64,000 nt of DNA from Balneolaceae bacterium (GTDB lineage: Bacteria; Bacteroidota; Rhodothermia; Balneolales; Balneolaceae). Positions 49,156 to 57,942 of this stretch are shown in pieces. The stretch covers positions 59,307-123,306 of the forward strand of contig VEMX01000028.1 in assembly GCA_009711805.1 (NCBI GenBank), written 5' to 3'. Both the position numbers and the translations under genes were made by a program. Under the pieces are notes generated by a model. It saw only the letters and a program-made list of their open reading frames with translations. It was not told where the DNA came from and ran no database searches. The number at the start of each line of letters is the position of its first letter. Position 1 is the first letter of the stretch.

Positions 49156-50690
49156 AAACGAATCCTGTTTTTCCAGTCCAGAAGAGTCGTCTTCAACAGA
49201 CTTAGGTTTCTTTTCTTCATGTGCTTCATTTCTTCGATGGAGGGAAGATAGGGTAAAGAATATTCAAATTCGGGGGAATCGGTTAAGGGGTATTCTTTTT
49301 TTGATACAGGAACAAGGTCAAATGTTGTATGCGAGGTGGATACCTGTAAAAACAGATTAGAAGAGAGCTGCCGGCTTTGTATATGGATGGTATCATCTTC
49401 AAAACTTAGCTTAGATGTTGTAGTGTTTCTTTTTCTCCAAAAGCGGGCATATTCCTGGAAAGTTAAATTGGTGAGATCATGGTCACGACTGAGTTTGAAA
49501 AGATGTTCAACGGCAGACAAGCCTGGCTGCATGGGGTGATGATACATCGAAACCGGTTTAAAGCGGCTGCACTTATTGTTGAATACGTATTCAAAATATG
49601 AGGCCATATCCTTTTCCGATACCTGTTGACGCCTCAGGCTACCGGTACAAATGGGGTGGACAGGAAGCTGAAGGGGCAGCCCGGCTTTGGCATGCCCGAG
49701 TGGTAATCCGTCATATACAAAGGTAAACTCAGAGCTGTAACAGAATTTAAATTCACTTATGGCTTCCTTAAGAGCTTTGTTCCATATACCATATGGTGCA
49801 CAATACCCTTCAGAGTTAAATCCATTGGTCAGCAATAAGTTATGAGCTTCACCTATATTCTTGATCACACTGTCATAGGAGGTAGAAGTTCCATGCTTAT
49901 AGCCATGAAGGGCAATTTCCTGGTCATCCCAGTCTTTGAAATGTTCCAGCCAATCTTCATGAGCTTTAACATGCATAAACCAGCTCAACGATAGTTCGTA
50001 GTTTCGGGCCTGTTCGAGAATATTATCCATCGATTTCGGAGTTCCGTAATCACTGTCTATTCTAAAACTGAAGACTGCTTGCTTCCGGGGCGAATGCCAT
50101 TTACAAACAAAGGGTAGGGTTTGTTTGAAATGTAATTCCCGGAGTACTGCGATAACAAGTTCCGAGAGTTCTTCTTTGGATACGGCTGAAACAAGTTCAT
50201 CGGGATTGCCCCCGGATGGATTGAAAAAACGTTTACGAATATAGTGTGCGTTTTGCATTAACGCAGCGGCTTCACATCCAAAATGAGCAGCATATCCTCC
50301 ATTCAACTCTGTAATGTGAATTAGTCCGCCGAACAGGCTCTGATCGTGGTGTAAATTTACTTTTGTATGTAGATCTACCCCCCGTATGTGTTGAAAAGCC
50401 GGGTGATCGGAAGTGTTGAAGAGCGAACTTCTAAAGGAGTATTCGGTAGACGAACGGCTAAAGAAAGTATGCGCATCTCCGGTTTCGAGCAGGCCCCCTC
50501 CCAGTTGGAGGTAGGCTGAAAGCTGTTGGCTATGTTCTTTTTCGGCCTGCCGGTTCAGAATAATGACTGAATAACTGGTAAATAGTTCTTTTTGGTAATT
50601 AATCTCTTCAAACCAAACGCCTATTTGTTCCAGAAGGCACTTCCAGGAAGGGGTTAAATCGTGTATGCCTATGCAAAGTTGTCTGCTCAT
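49152..50690 (-). CDS. Cytoplasmic two-domain protein with an unknown N-terminal domain and a CE4 (NodB)-like polysaccharide deacetylase domain
   Basis: No signal peptide. FRIDSDYG (Asp-Asp-type motif 1) and IALHGYKHG (H-x3-H motif 2) resemble CE4 metal and catalytic motifs. The N-terminal roughly 200 aa is unassigned. Confidence 0.55.
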   Translation of the reverse strand: MSRQLCIGIHDLTPSWKCLLEQIGVWFEEINYQKELFTSYSVIILNRQAEKEHSQQLSAYLQLGGGLLETGDAHTFFSRSSTEYSFRSSLFNTSDHPAFQHIRGVDLHTKVNLHHDQSLFGGLIHITELNGGYAAHFGCEAAALMQNAHYIRKRFFNPSGGNPDELVSAVSKEELSELVIAVLRELHFKQTLPFVCKWHSPRKQAVFSFRIDSDYGTPKSMDNILEQARNYELSLSWFMHVKAHEDWLEHFKDWDDQEIALHGYKHGTSTSYDSVIKNIGEAHNLLLTNGFNSEGYCAPYGIWNKALKEAISEFKFCYSSEFTFVYDGLPLGHAKAGLPLQLPVHPICTGSLRRQQVSEKDMASYFEYVFNNKCSRFKPVSMYHHPMQPGLSAVEHLFKLSRDHDLTNLTFQEYARFWRKRNTTTSKLSFEDDTIHIQSRQLSSNLFLQVSTSHTTFDLVPVSKKEYPLTDSPEFEYSLPYLPSIEEMKHMKKRNLSLLKTTLLDWKNRIRL

Positions 50691-52090
50691 TACCAGAGTT
50701 TACTTTTTATCCATCGAATTTGTGATTCTTCAAGCAGGTTGAATTTAAAAATGAGTAACAGGAATACCGGAGCAGCAATTACTGCACTTACAATTTGTGG
50801 CCCCGGCATGTATAAGCTCCCCAAAAAAAGTAAAAAAGCAGCCGGATAGCAAAGAAGTAATGGCCGAATAAAGTTAATCTGAATGGCTTGCTTAAACTTC
50901 CAATAAGTGAAAACTGTAATAACAATTTCTGCTATTGATACAGAAAGAGCCGCTGAAATAACATTCCCGAAATAGGTCATTACAAGAATAATGAACCCGG
51001 CTATGGTTCCCCCGCTTACCATGGCTGTAAAGTAGTCGTGATCTTTATTGGTGGCTATCAATCCAAAAGAAAAAAGACTGTTGATGAAGGTGACGGCTAT
51101 TAATACCGAAAGTACCTGAAGCAGTATGATGCTCTGCACATATTCTGGATTAAACAGAAGCTCGATGATATGATTGGCGCATATGGCAATAATCATGGCT
51201 ATAAATGCTCCACCGGCCGCTACCAGGCGGTACACTGTATCGATGCGTAAAACAGCGGTGGTTTTGTCTACGCTCCATAGAGTAGATAGATTGGGTAAGA
51301 GAATATTTACAAATACACGGTCTATCAGCATCGCAATAATGACAATTTTGAAAGCGACCCCATATTCTCCAGCAGCATTCAGTGAAAGAATGGCGCCAAT
51401 AGCCAGGGGAGGAAGGAGCTGAATCATTTGTCCAAAAAACCGGCCTGTACCGAGCAGAGAACTGCTTTTTATTAAATCCTGGTAAATATGGATGCCGCGG
51501 GTAGGAAGAGCAAAAGGCTTACTGCTGAAAGCAAAGCCGGCGAGAATGAGAGACGCTGTAGCAATACCTATGGTATACAGATAGGGAACCAGGGTAATGT
51601 CTTCGGCGGTTTGTATAAAAATGATAACCAGGCTAAAATAAGCAGCACCATTTAAAATTTTGGAGAGGGCTATTTTTCCAAATTCCTGTTTCCCTGCATA
51701 GAACCAATCTAACAGAAGTACATAGGGGATTATAGAAAACAGGTAGCTCAGTACCACCTGTTTTTGGAGGTCTTCCAATTCGATGAGATATACCGCACCG
51801 GAAGCGAATACAAGAACGATGATACCCAGAAATAAACGGGTTCTGAATATTTCTGTAATCCTGAACAGCCGTTTCTCTGGTGGTTTAGCTGTCTCCCGGG
51901 TTCCCATATTGATCAACCCCAGATCAGAAAACCAGGTAGCATACCCCAGGATGGAAATAGCAACCGTGATTAAGCCATAATATTCTTTTCCCAGGGTGTT
52001 GGCCAGGTATAAAGAAGTAAAGAAAGCAAAGCCGCGCCCCACAATATCGCCGGTAAATATCCAGAAAGCTTTGTGCTTGAGTTTATTCAT
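50690..52090 (-). CDS. MOP-superfamily polysaccharide flippase (Wzx-like)
   Basis: Polytopic protein with about 12-14 TM segments. Start taken at ATG 52090 (MNKLKHKAFW), which overlaps the stop of the upstream gene (ATGAATAA). The tracked ORF extends to 52159. Confidence 0.8.
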   Translation of the reverse strand: MNKLKHKAFWIFTGDIVGRGFAFFTSLYLANTLGKEYYGLITVAISILGYATWFSDLGLINMGTRETAKPPEKRLFRITEIFRTRLFLGIIVLVFASGAVYLIELEDLQKQVVLSYLFSIIPYVLLLDWFYAGKQEFGKIALSKILNGAAYFSLVIIFIQTAEDITLVPYLYTIGIATASLILAGFAFSSKPFALPTRGIHIYQDLIKSSSLLGTGRFFGQMIQLLPPLAIGAILSLNAAGEYGVAFKIVIIAMLIDRVFVNILLPNLSTLWSVDKTTAVLRIDTVYRLVAAGGAFIAMIIAICANHIIELLFNPEYVQSIILLQVLSVLIAVTFINSLFSFGLIATNKDHDYFTAMVSGGTIAGFIILVMTYFGNVISAALSVSIAEIVITVFTYWKFKQAIQINFIRPLLLCYPAAFLLFLGSLYMPGPQIVSAVIAAPVFLLLIFKFNLLEESQIRWIKSKLW

Positions 52091-53099
52091 GGCGGTTTCG
52101 TTGTATTTCCTGCAGAAGGATATCTTCAAGTGGGTCATCAGGGGTAAACAGACGTACATCGGGATGTGAAGATAGTTCGGAAATACATCCTTTATCGGGG
52201 GCCAAGATTCTTTTTTTGTAACTCAGCGCCAAATGCACGCCGCCTGAGGTTAAAATATCCCGATAGTTGAATACACACAGGTCTGTGGCATTATAGAACC
52301 AGGCAACATGCTCTTCTTGTATGAAATGAGGGATAACCAACAACCGGTCTGATGTTTGCTGTAAATTCACCAATTGTTTGTAGATTTTTTTATGCCCCTT
52401 TTTTACCGGTCCGGCTATAATCAGCTTAGCAGGCTCAGGTAATCTCAAAATAATCTGTGCAATTTCTCCCATTTGTTTGTAGCTGCTGATATTTCCAAAC
52501 ATAAGCAGTTTGGGTACTTCGGTATTAATATGGCAGTCATAGAAGTCGTTGATATTCTGAATGGCCGTTTCTTTTGAAAGCTGTTTCATAGGGAAAGATG
52601 GATGCGGACAGATGAAAAACTTATGGTCGGGAACTTTAAGTTTTTCTTTCATAATGTTGGCAGCTCTGCGGCAATGTACATGTAAGGCATCTGCCCAGCG
52701 GGCCATAACAGGGTGAAGCCAGCGATGGAATCCCAAAAATTTTCGATCGTGGGGCACTTCGTTATGGATCGTCCATACAATCTTACCGCCAAAGGTAACA
52801 AAGATGAAAATGCAAAGTAGTTTCCAGGGCATCCCCAAAAGGGATTTTAAACTCTGGAATTCCAGCCAATGGTAATGCAAGATAGCACCTTGATTCTGAA
52901 ATACCTGTAGTATCAGCTTGTAATGCTGAATGGCGGTGAGTGATTCAATCGTGTAGTCTTGGTGCTCTATAAGCTCTTTGTATAAAAGGTAGAGGTAATC
53001 TGAATCTTTGTTGGAATAGCGTATTAAAGGAACAACATATACCAACGATGCATCCGCGTCAAGGGAAGCATACACATCCTTAAGTGACTGTTCCTCCAT
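52083..53099 (-). CDS. Putative glycosyltransferase (GT-B-like, family unassigned)
   Basis: HYHWLEF...VWTIHNEVPHD resembles the N-terminal signature of several O-antigen/EPS GT1/GT4-like transferases. Supported by its position inside the glycan operon. Confidence 0.5.
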   Translation of the reverse strand: MEEQSLKDVYASLDADASLVYVVPLIRYSNKDSDYLYLLYKELIEHQDYTIESLTAIQHYKLILQVFQNQGAILHYHWLEFQSLKSLLGMPWKLLCIFIFVTFGGKIVWTIHNEVPHDRKFLGFHRWLHPVMARWADALHVHCRRAANIMKEKLKVPDHKFFICPHPSFPMKQLSKETAIQNINDFYDCHINTEVPKLLMFGNISSYKQMGEIAQIILRLPEPAKLIIAGPVKKGHKKIYKQLVNLQQTSDRLLVIPHFIQEEHVAWFYNATDLCVFNYRDILTSGGVHLALSYKKRILAPDKGCISELSSHPDVRLFTPDDPLEDILLQEIQRNRHE

Positions 53100-53114
53100 T
53101 TGTATCCCCTTTGC

Positions 53115-54056
53115 TTAGAATTTGTACTTAATTCCAATGGAATGTACAGTTCCAAATCCTGTATTGAAAGGGATTAATGCATAGTCGAATGTGATGGTCT
53201 CGGAATGTATGGAAGCGCCAAATGAGATGGGGCGCACACTGTTCTGTGTTTTGTACCCGGTGCTTACCGAGAGTACTTCTGCAACAGTAAATTCGAAGCC
53301 GAGGTTGAGGTGAGGATCAGGGCTGGTATAATTGGCGTAATCTTTATTATCGGTGCTCTGCAGTGGGTTTACATAGTCTACAGCTACAGAAAAAAGGATG
53401 GGAAGGTCATTATTTTTAGGGGGACTGAACTGAACAATATCTGCCGAAATACCCATCTTAAAATTGCTGGGTAGTTCAGTAGCTTCGTTATTTAGTTTTC
53501 CCATTTCACCAAGGTTGGAAAAGGAAACGCCGGTTCTGATTCTCTCATCAAGGAAATTACGGGCTATACCGAAGTTGAAGGCATATCCCGAAGCCCGGTA
53601 AGAATAGGCTTGTTCATTGAGGTATTGAGCCGTAGCCCCCAAGCTGAAGAGACTAAAATCGTAGGCATAAGCCGCGGAGACCGAGAGGTACTGAATAGAG
53701 AAATCCCCATTGGATGGTCCAGGTTGATTCCTTTGTTGATAATTGGAGCTTCCCGAAGAATAAAAGGAGAATGCAGCAGCTCTGCGATTACTTTTAAAAT
53801 TTACCCCTCCGAATACATTGTCAACATCGGCGATCCAGATTGAATATCCAAGATTTAAGGAAGAGGTCGGGTTCATGACCAATAAAGCCGGGTTTGAGAA
53901 CATGGAGGCGGCCCCATCCGGTACCGATGTAGTAGCCTCTCCTTTGGAAAGGGAAAACGGAGTAGGGGCTATATTCAACATTTCAAGGCCGGTGTCCTGA
54001 GCAAAAACAGGCTGGCCGATAACAATAAACAGTAAAAGTGCTAAGCTGATTCTCAT
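53115..54056 (-). CDS. PorV/PorQ-family outer-membrane beta-barrel protein
   Basis: Signal peptide ending VFAQ. N-terminal ..GEATTSVPDGAASMFSNPALL.. resembles the PorV/PorQ G-A-x-A...NPA motif. Ends in the aromatic residue ..GIKYKF. Confidence 0.65.
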   Translation of the reverse strand: MRISLALLLFIVIGQPVFAQDTGLEMLNIAPTPFSLSKGEATTSVPDGAASMFSNPALLVMNPTSSLNLGYSIWIADVDNVFGGVNFKSNRRAAAFSFYSSGSSNYQQRNQPGPSNGDFSIQYLSVSAAYAYDFSLFSLGATAQYLNEQAYSYRASGYAFNFGIARNFLDERIRTGVSFSNLGEMGKLNNEATELPSNFKMGISADIVQFSPPKNNDLPILFSVAVDYVNPLQSTDNKDYANYTSPDPHLNLGFEFTVAEVLSVSTGYKTQNSVRPISFGASIHSETITFDYALIPFNTGFGTVHSIGIKYKF

Positions 54057-55105
54057 ATGTTAAGTCGTAAAGAAAAAACGTGCATGTTAGAAATTCTATA
54101 GGGTTCCATCACAAAAGCATAGTCAATTGAAGGGGAAAATACATCAAAAGGCAGATGAATGGAAAATCCAGAGCTTAAAGCCCAGCTGTCTGAGTTGGAT
54201 GCATCCGGAAGCCGCCAGCCCCCTCTTAAGGTAAAACGTTCATGGGCATACCAGGAACCTCCTAATCTGAGTATAGCCGTAGCATTAGTAATAGTTTCCT
54301 CATCAACAAGTACGGTGGGCCTTCCCCGGCTTACAAATACATCTGCTTCGGATAATTCTGACTCAGTTACCAATAGTTCCAGCTCACCGGAGAGCGTAAA
54401 CTGCTGATTGTGGTAGGCAGCCCCCGCTTTTAATCGCGCAGGAAATTTGTTTACAACATTCTGAGACTGATCCAGGCTATATAATTCTTTAGAGTTCCAG
54501 CTGTAGGAAGCAAACAAATCCTGTACGGCAAGGCCTATGTTTAGCTGATCTGATGCTTTAAATAAGAAGCCGAGGTCGATGCCCACTGCTACAGGATTAT
54601 CCAGCTGCTGATGATAGTCGGCTATGCTGAATTTAATTCCTATACCCCCATTAAGCCTACTGCTGAAACGAATACCAAAATTGGTTAATAGCTGATACTC
54701 GGAAGCATCAAAATAACCGGTGTGATAACCACTTTGAGACCGACCATCTATATCCTGCACACCGGTTCGAAGGAGAGAAAAGGCAATGCCTGCCGATGGA
54801 GGCATTTGAAAGGAAGCACCTGCACTTTGGAATATCCGGTCGTAGCTAAGGGCGCCTACGGTCATATCTGCCTGGTTCGTTTCAGAAAATAAAGCAGCAT
54901 GTGCCGGATTATAGTACACAAAAGTTCCCTCAGAGGTAGAGGCAGTCATGGCGTTGGCCATAGCCAGGCTTCTTGCATTATATCCCATTCGCAGCGAGGC
55001 TCCGGTAAATCCACCCGTCTGTGCCAACACTTCTGTTGTAAACAGCAAAGCGCAAATAACAGCTAAAACTGAAGCAAATGGTATGTGTTTTGAAAAATAA
55101 TTCAC
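54053..55105 (-). CDS. PorV/PorQ-family outer-membrane beta-barrel protein (paralogue)
   Basis: Signal peptide ending VLAQ. ..ARSLAMANAMTASTSEGTFVYYNPAHAAL.. matches the PorV/PorQ-type N-terminal motif. Beta-strand periodicity throughout. Confidence 0.65.
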   Translation of the reverse strand: MNYFSKHIPFASVLAVICALLFTTEVLAQTGGFTGASLRMGYNARSLAMANAMTASTSEGTFVYYNPAHAALFSETNQADMTVGALSYDRIFQSAGASFQMPPSAGIAFSLLRTGVQDIDGRSQSGYHTGYFDASEYQLLTNFGIRFSSRLNGGIGIKFSIADYHQQLDNPVAVGIDLGFLFKASDQLNIGLAVQDLFASYSWNSKELYSLDQSQNVVNKFPARLKAGAAYHNQQFTLSGELELLVTESELSEADVFVSRGRPTVLVDEETITNATAILRLGGSWYAHERFTLRGGWRLPDASNSDSWALSSGFSIHLPFDVFSPSIDYAFVMEPYRISNMHVFSLRLNI

Positions 55106-56763
55106 TAATCGACCACCAAAATTTTCCCATTAATTTGTTTGCCGGGTACTTCAATAATATAAATATAGGGAGCGTTATTAACCTTGCTGCCTTTGCTGTC
55201 ATATCCGTCCCAAACGGCTTCATAAGTACCTGGAGAAAAAGAGTTGTTTTCAATTTCACGTACCAGGTTCATGCCAAAGTCATAAATTCCGATCTTAACA
55301 TTCCCGGATTTCGGAACTTCAAATTTTAGCCGTACTACTTCATGAGTAGAGGGGGAGAAAGGATTTGGGTATGCATAGCTCTCTACGTCCGGTGCCTCCT
55401 GATCATAGGCGTTGCCTCCGCTAAGCGGGAAGTTGGTTCGGATAATGTCCCAGCTGTTGCCCAGGTCTGAGGTGGATGCAATACCATCACTTGTACCCAC
55501 CCAAACCTTGTTCGTTGTTACAGCCAAAGAAAAGTGCCTGGCTGATGAACGAATAAATGTATTGGGGGATTTGATCCGGGATTGTTTGATCCAGCTTTTA
55601 CCTCTGTCGGGGGAAATAAAAAGCCCGTTATCGCCGGCGGCAAAAATGTAATCGCCTTTAAAATCTATATCGTTAATTCGTTCACCAATCAGGTGATGTT
55701 CAAAACTTTGCCCCCCGTCATTAGTGGAGACAACTCCAAATCCGGAAGCGTTATTACCTTCCGCAATCCAGTTTGTCATCCAGATGGTACCGGTTTGGGG
55801 ATCTTCATCAATTTCTATAATCCAGTTGCTAAGCAGTCCGTCTGAAGAGTTATCATAGGATATATGTCTCCATGAGATACTGTCAATGGGAGCCGTAAGG
55901 GCATTTTCCGATATATTGATGCCGGCCGCACTTCCATACCAAAGTCGGTCCTGGGAATCGATCAGTACGGAAAAACCCAGGAGGTTAAAGTCTCCCAATG
56001 GGTCGTACCGGTTTATGGTAGCAGTGTCAGTATCCTGAATGTCTTCATTGAAGAAAGTAAACCTGGAACTCCAAAAGTAGCTTCCTTCTGGGTGTAAAGT
56101 GGAGGCGTAGGATGGGGGAAGGATGACTCTTTCCCAACTATTTCCGAGATCCGTACTTCTGAGCAAGCCAGTAGCCCAAACAGCCGAAAAAACTGTATTC
56201 CCGTGTATATCGGTACTAAAGGGAACTGATTGCTGGGGCACAGTGATGCGTGTTCTGGTATACATGTTGCCGCCATACTGGAATATGATATCACAGTCGG
56301 GATCATAATCTTCAACTCCCATAGGTTGCTCATATTCCTCGCTGCTGGAAATACACCTATCAGGCGGTTTAGAGTCGAGAGGGAAATCGGAAAATCTCCA
56401 TGACGTTCCACCATCCGTACTAAAGTAGAAACCATAGCCTGTACTTACCGGCCCGGATATTTCGTTTTCGGCCGTAAAACCTAATCCGGCTACAATGGTA
56501 TCCCGCTTAAGAGCCATAGAGAAGGCGCGTCCCTTTCCGTTAATCACACTATCTGCATTTTCAGGACTGTACCAATTGGTTTCACCGTCAATCAGGCGAT
56601 TTAACTTGGGACTGACCCACAGGGTGTCTCCAAAAGCGGCCATAGAGCTCACACTATTTTGGCGAATACTATTAAAAGGAGAATTGACTGTTCCTGTAAT
56701 TTGGCTATAACCAAACGCAGGAGTGATTAAGTAAAAAATCAAAAAAGAAACAACGCTCTTCAT
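55105..56763 (-). CDS. BNR/Asp-box beta-propeller protein with a T9SS C-terminal sorting domain
   Basis: Five SxDxGxxW-type boxes (STDGGTSW, STDLGNSW, TNDGGQSF, SPDRGKSW, TSDLGNSW). C-terminal YAYPNPFSPSTHEV...APYIYIIEV..GKILVVD is a CTD. Confidence 0.8.
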   Translation of the reverse strand: MKSVVSFLIFYLITPAFGYSQITGTVNSPFNSIRQNSVSSMAAFGDTLWVSPKLNRLIDGETNWYSPENADSVINGKGRAFSMALKRDTIVAGLGFTAENEISGPVSTGYGFYFSTDGGTSWRFSDFPLDSKPPDRCISSSEEYEQPMGVEDYDPDCDIIFQYGGNMYTRTRITVPQQSVPFSTDIHGNTVFSAVWATGLLRSTDLGNSWERVILPPSYASTLHPEGSYFWSSRFTFFNEDIQDTDTATINRYDPLGDFNLLGFSVLIDSQDRLWYGSAAGINISENALTAPIDSISWRHISYDNSSDGLLSNWIIEIDEDPQTGTIWMTNWIAEGNNASGFGVVSTNDGGQSFEHHLIGERINDIDFKGDYIFAAGDNGLFISPDRGKSWIKQSRIKSPNTFIRSSARHFSLAVTTNKVWVGTSDGIASTSDLGNSWDIIRTNFPLSGGNAYDQEAPDVESYAYPNPFSPSTHEVVRLKFEVPKSGNVKIGIYDFGMNLVREIENNSFSPGTYEAVWDGYDSKGSKVNNAPYIYIIEVPGKQINGKILVVD

Positions 56764-57578
56764 TAGTTACCTCTGATTCGAAATGTAGTTCGTACTGTGT
56801 CGCTAATTAAATCTCCCTTATCTATAGCGAAGAATTCAATATCAAAATCCCGATCGGGATCCTCTTCGTTGGGAGGAACAGTTTGCGACCAGGTGAAAAC
56901 AAAGTCGTTGGCTGTTTCATCTTCATTGGTGGAGCCATCATCAGACATTAGGAATGGAGAACCTGTAACTTCGCCGGATGCCAGATTTATCACACGAATA
57001 AATACTCCTTTGATAGTACCCTGGCCGTCTCGATCGGTTACTTTTGCTGTGAATAGAGCTAATTTATCAGCTTCTCCCGGAGCAGGGCGGATGATCTCCT
57101 CGGGACTACTGGTCTCAATAATCTTTGGGGGATAGTTGGAAAAACCATCTATTTTGATGACAGTCTGTCCATAATTACCTCTGCCATCTTTCCCGATGGC
57201 AAACACACTTACTGTATATTCTTCAAAAGAGGTGGTCGAGGTTTCAATGTGAATTTCTGTTGAATATATATTGCTGTTCTCTAACTGGCTTAAAACGTCT
57301 TCTGCTACTGTTTCTCCAGAACTTCGATTTGTGAGTGCATACATTGGAGTGTGGCTTTCCTGTAAATATTCTAAGGTAGCCTCTATCGTAAATGTTAGAG
57401 TTGTGTCTTTAAAACCATGTTCCTCTTGAGTAAATACAGCAGTGGAAGGAGAGATCAGAATATCAGTTATTGTCGGAGGATCTGCTAATAAATCATCGGG
57501 CTGCCCGGTAGTATCACAGCTATAAAAAAAGCTACAGCCACTAATCAATATGAAAGTGAAGAGGAGTAGATGCTTCAA
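56763..57578 (-). CDS. Lipoprotein with tandem Ig-like beta-sandwich domains; first gene of the nine-gene operon
   Basis: Lipobox FILISGCS. Two repeats of beta-rich sequence, and no enzymatic motif. Confidence 0.6.
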   Translation of the reverse strand: MKHLLLFTFILISGCSFFYSCDTTGQPDDLLADPPTITDILISPSTAVFTQEEHGFKDTTLTFTIEATLEYLQESHTPMYALTNRSSGETVAEDVLSQLENSNIYSTEIHIETSTTSFEEYTVSVFAIGKDGRGNYGQTVIKIDGFSNYPPKIIETSSPEEIIRPAPGEADKLALFTAKVTDRDGQGTIKGVFIRVINLASGEVTGSPFLMSDDGSTNEDETANDFVFTWSQTVPPNEEDPDRDFDIEFFAIDKGDLISDTVRTTFRIRGN

Positions 57579-57723
57579 GTTTGTTTGGGATAAATTCTCT
57601 TTAGAAATTGGTGCTCTAATGGTACGGAACTGAGTATCTTTATTCCAATACGTTCTTGCAAAATATAAATTGCTAAAGAATTGGATTGCTTTTTCTTTAA
57701 GGGGCTTTTATATTCGGCGCGTT

Positions 57724-57798
57724 ATGATTACACAAAGTATTCAATTACAAAACTGGTGGTGGCCTTATGTTCAAAAGAACAGTGGGCGCTTTGCGTAG
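57724..57798 (+). CDS. trpL: trp operon leader peptide (24 aa) with three consecutive Trp codons
   Basis: atg att aca caa agt att caa tta caa aac tgg tgg tgg cct tat gtt caa aag aac agt ggg cgc ttt gcg tag translates to MITQSIQLQNWWWPYVQKNSGRFA*. Confidence 0.8.
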   Translation: MITQSIQLQNWWWPYVQKNSGRFA

Positions 57799-57857
57799 TT
57801 GAATAGCTAATAAAGAATTTACCAACCCACTGTTCCTCTGGAAGAGTGGGTTTTTTT
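57778..57857 (+). promoter_or_regulatory. Transcription attenuator with an antiterminator alternative and a terminator
   Basis: aacagtggg (57778-57786, inside the leader ORF) can pair with cccactgtt (57826-57834). The same cccact segment otherwise forms the terminator aacccact-g-ttcc tct ggaa-g-agtgggtt (57824-57852), followed by a T-run (57851-57857). trpE starts 86 nt downstream. Confidence 0.8.
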
Positions 57858-57942
57858 GTTTCCGGAGGTTGTGGTTGGTGTACCGGTTAATGATTATTTG
57901 TAAACCAGAACTCAACATCAATGTCTTCTGAGACCAACAATT

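Noticed and set aside
50690-52159. The longer tracked start for the flippase (52159), which overlaps the upstream GT gene by 77 nt.
   Set aside because: The extra 23 residues (MYVCLPLMTHLKISFCRKYNETA) are not signal- or TM-like. ATG at 52090 overlaps the upstream stop in a typical ATGAATAA coupling arrangement.
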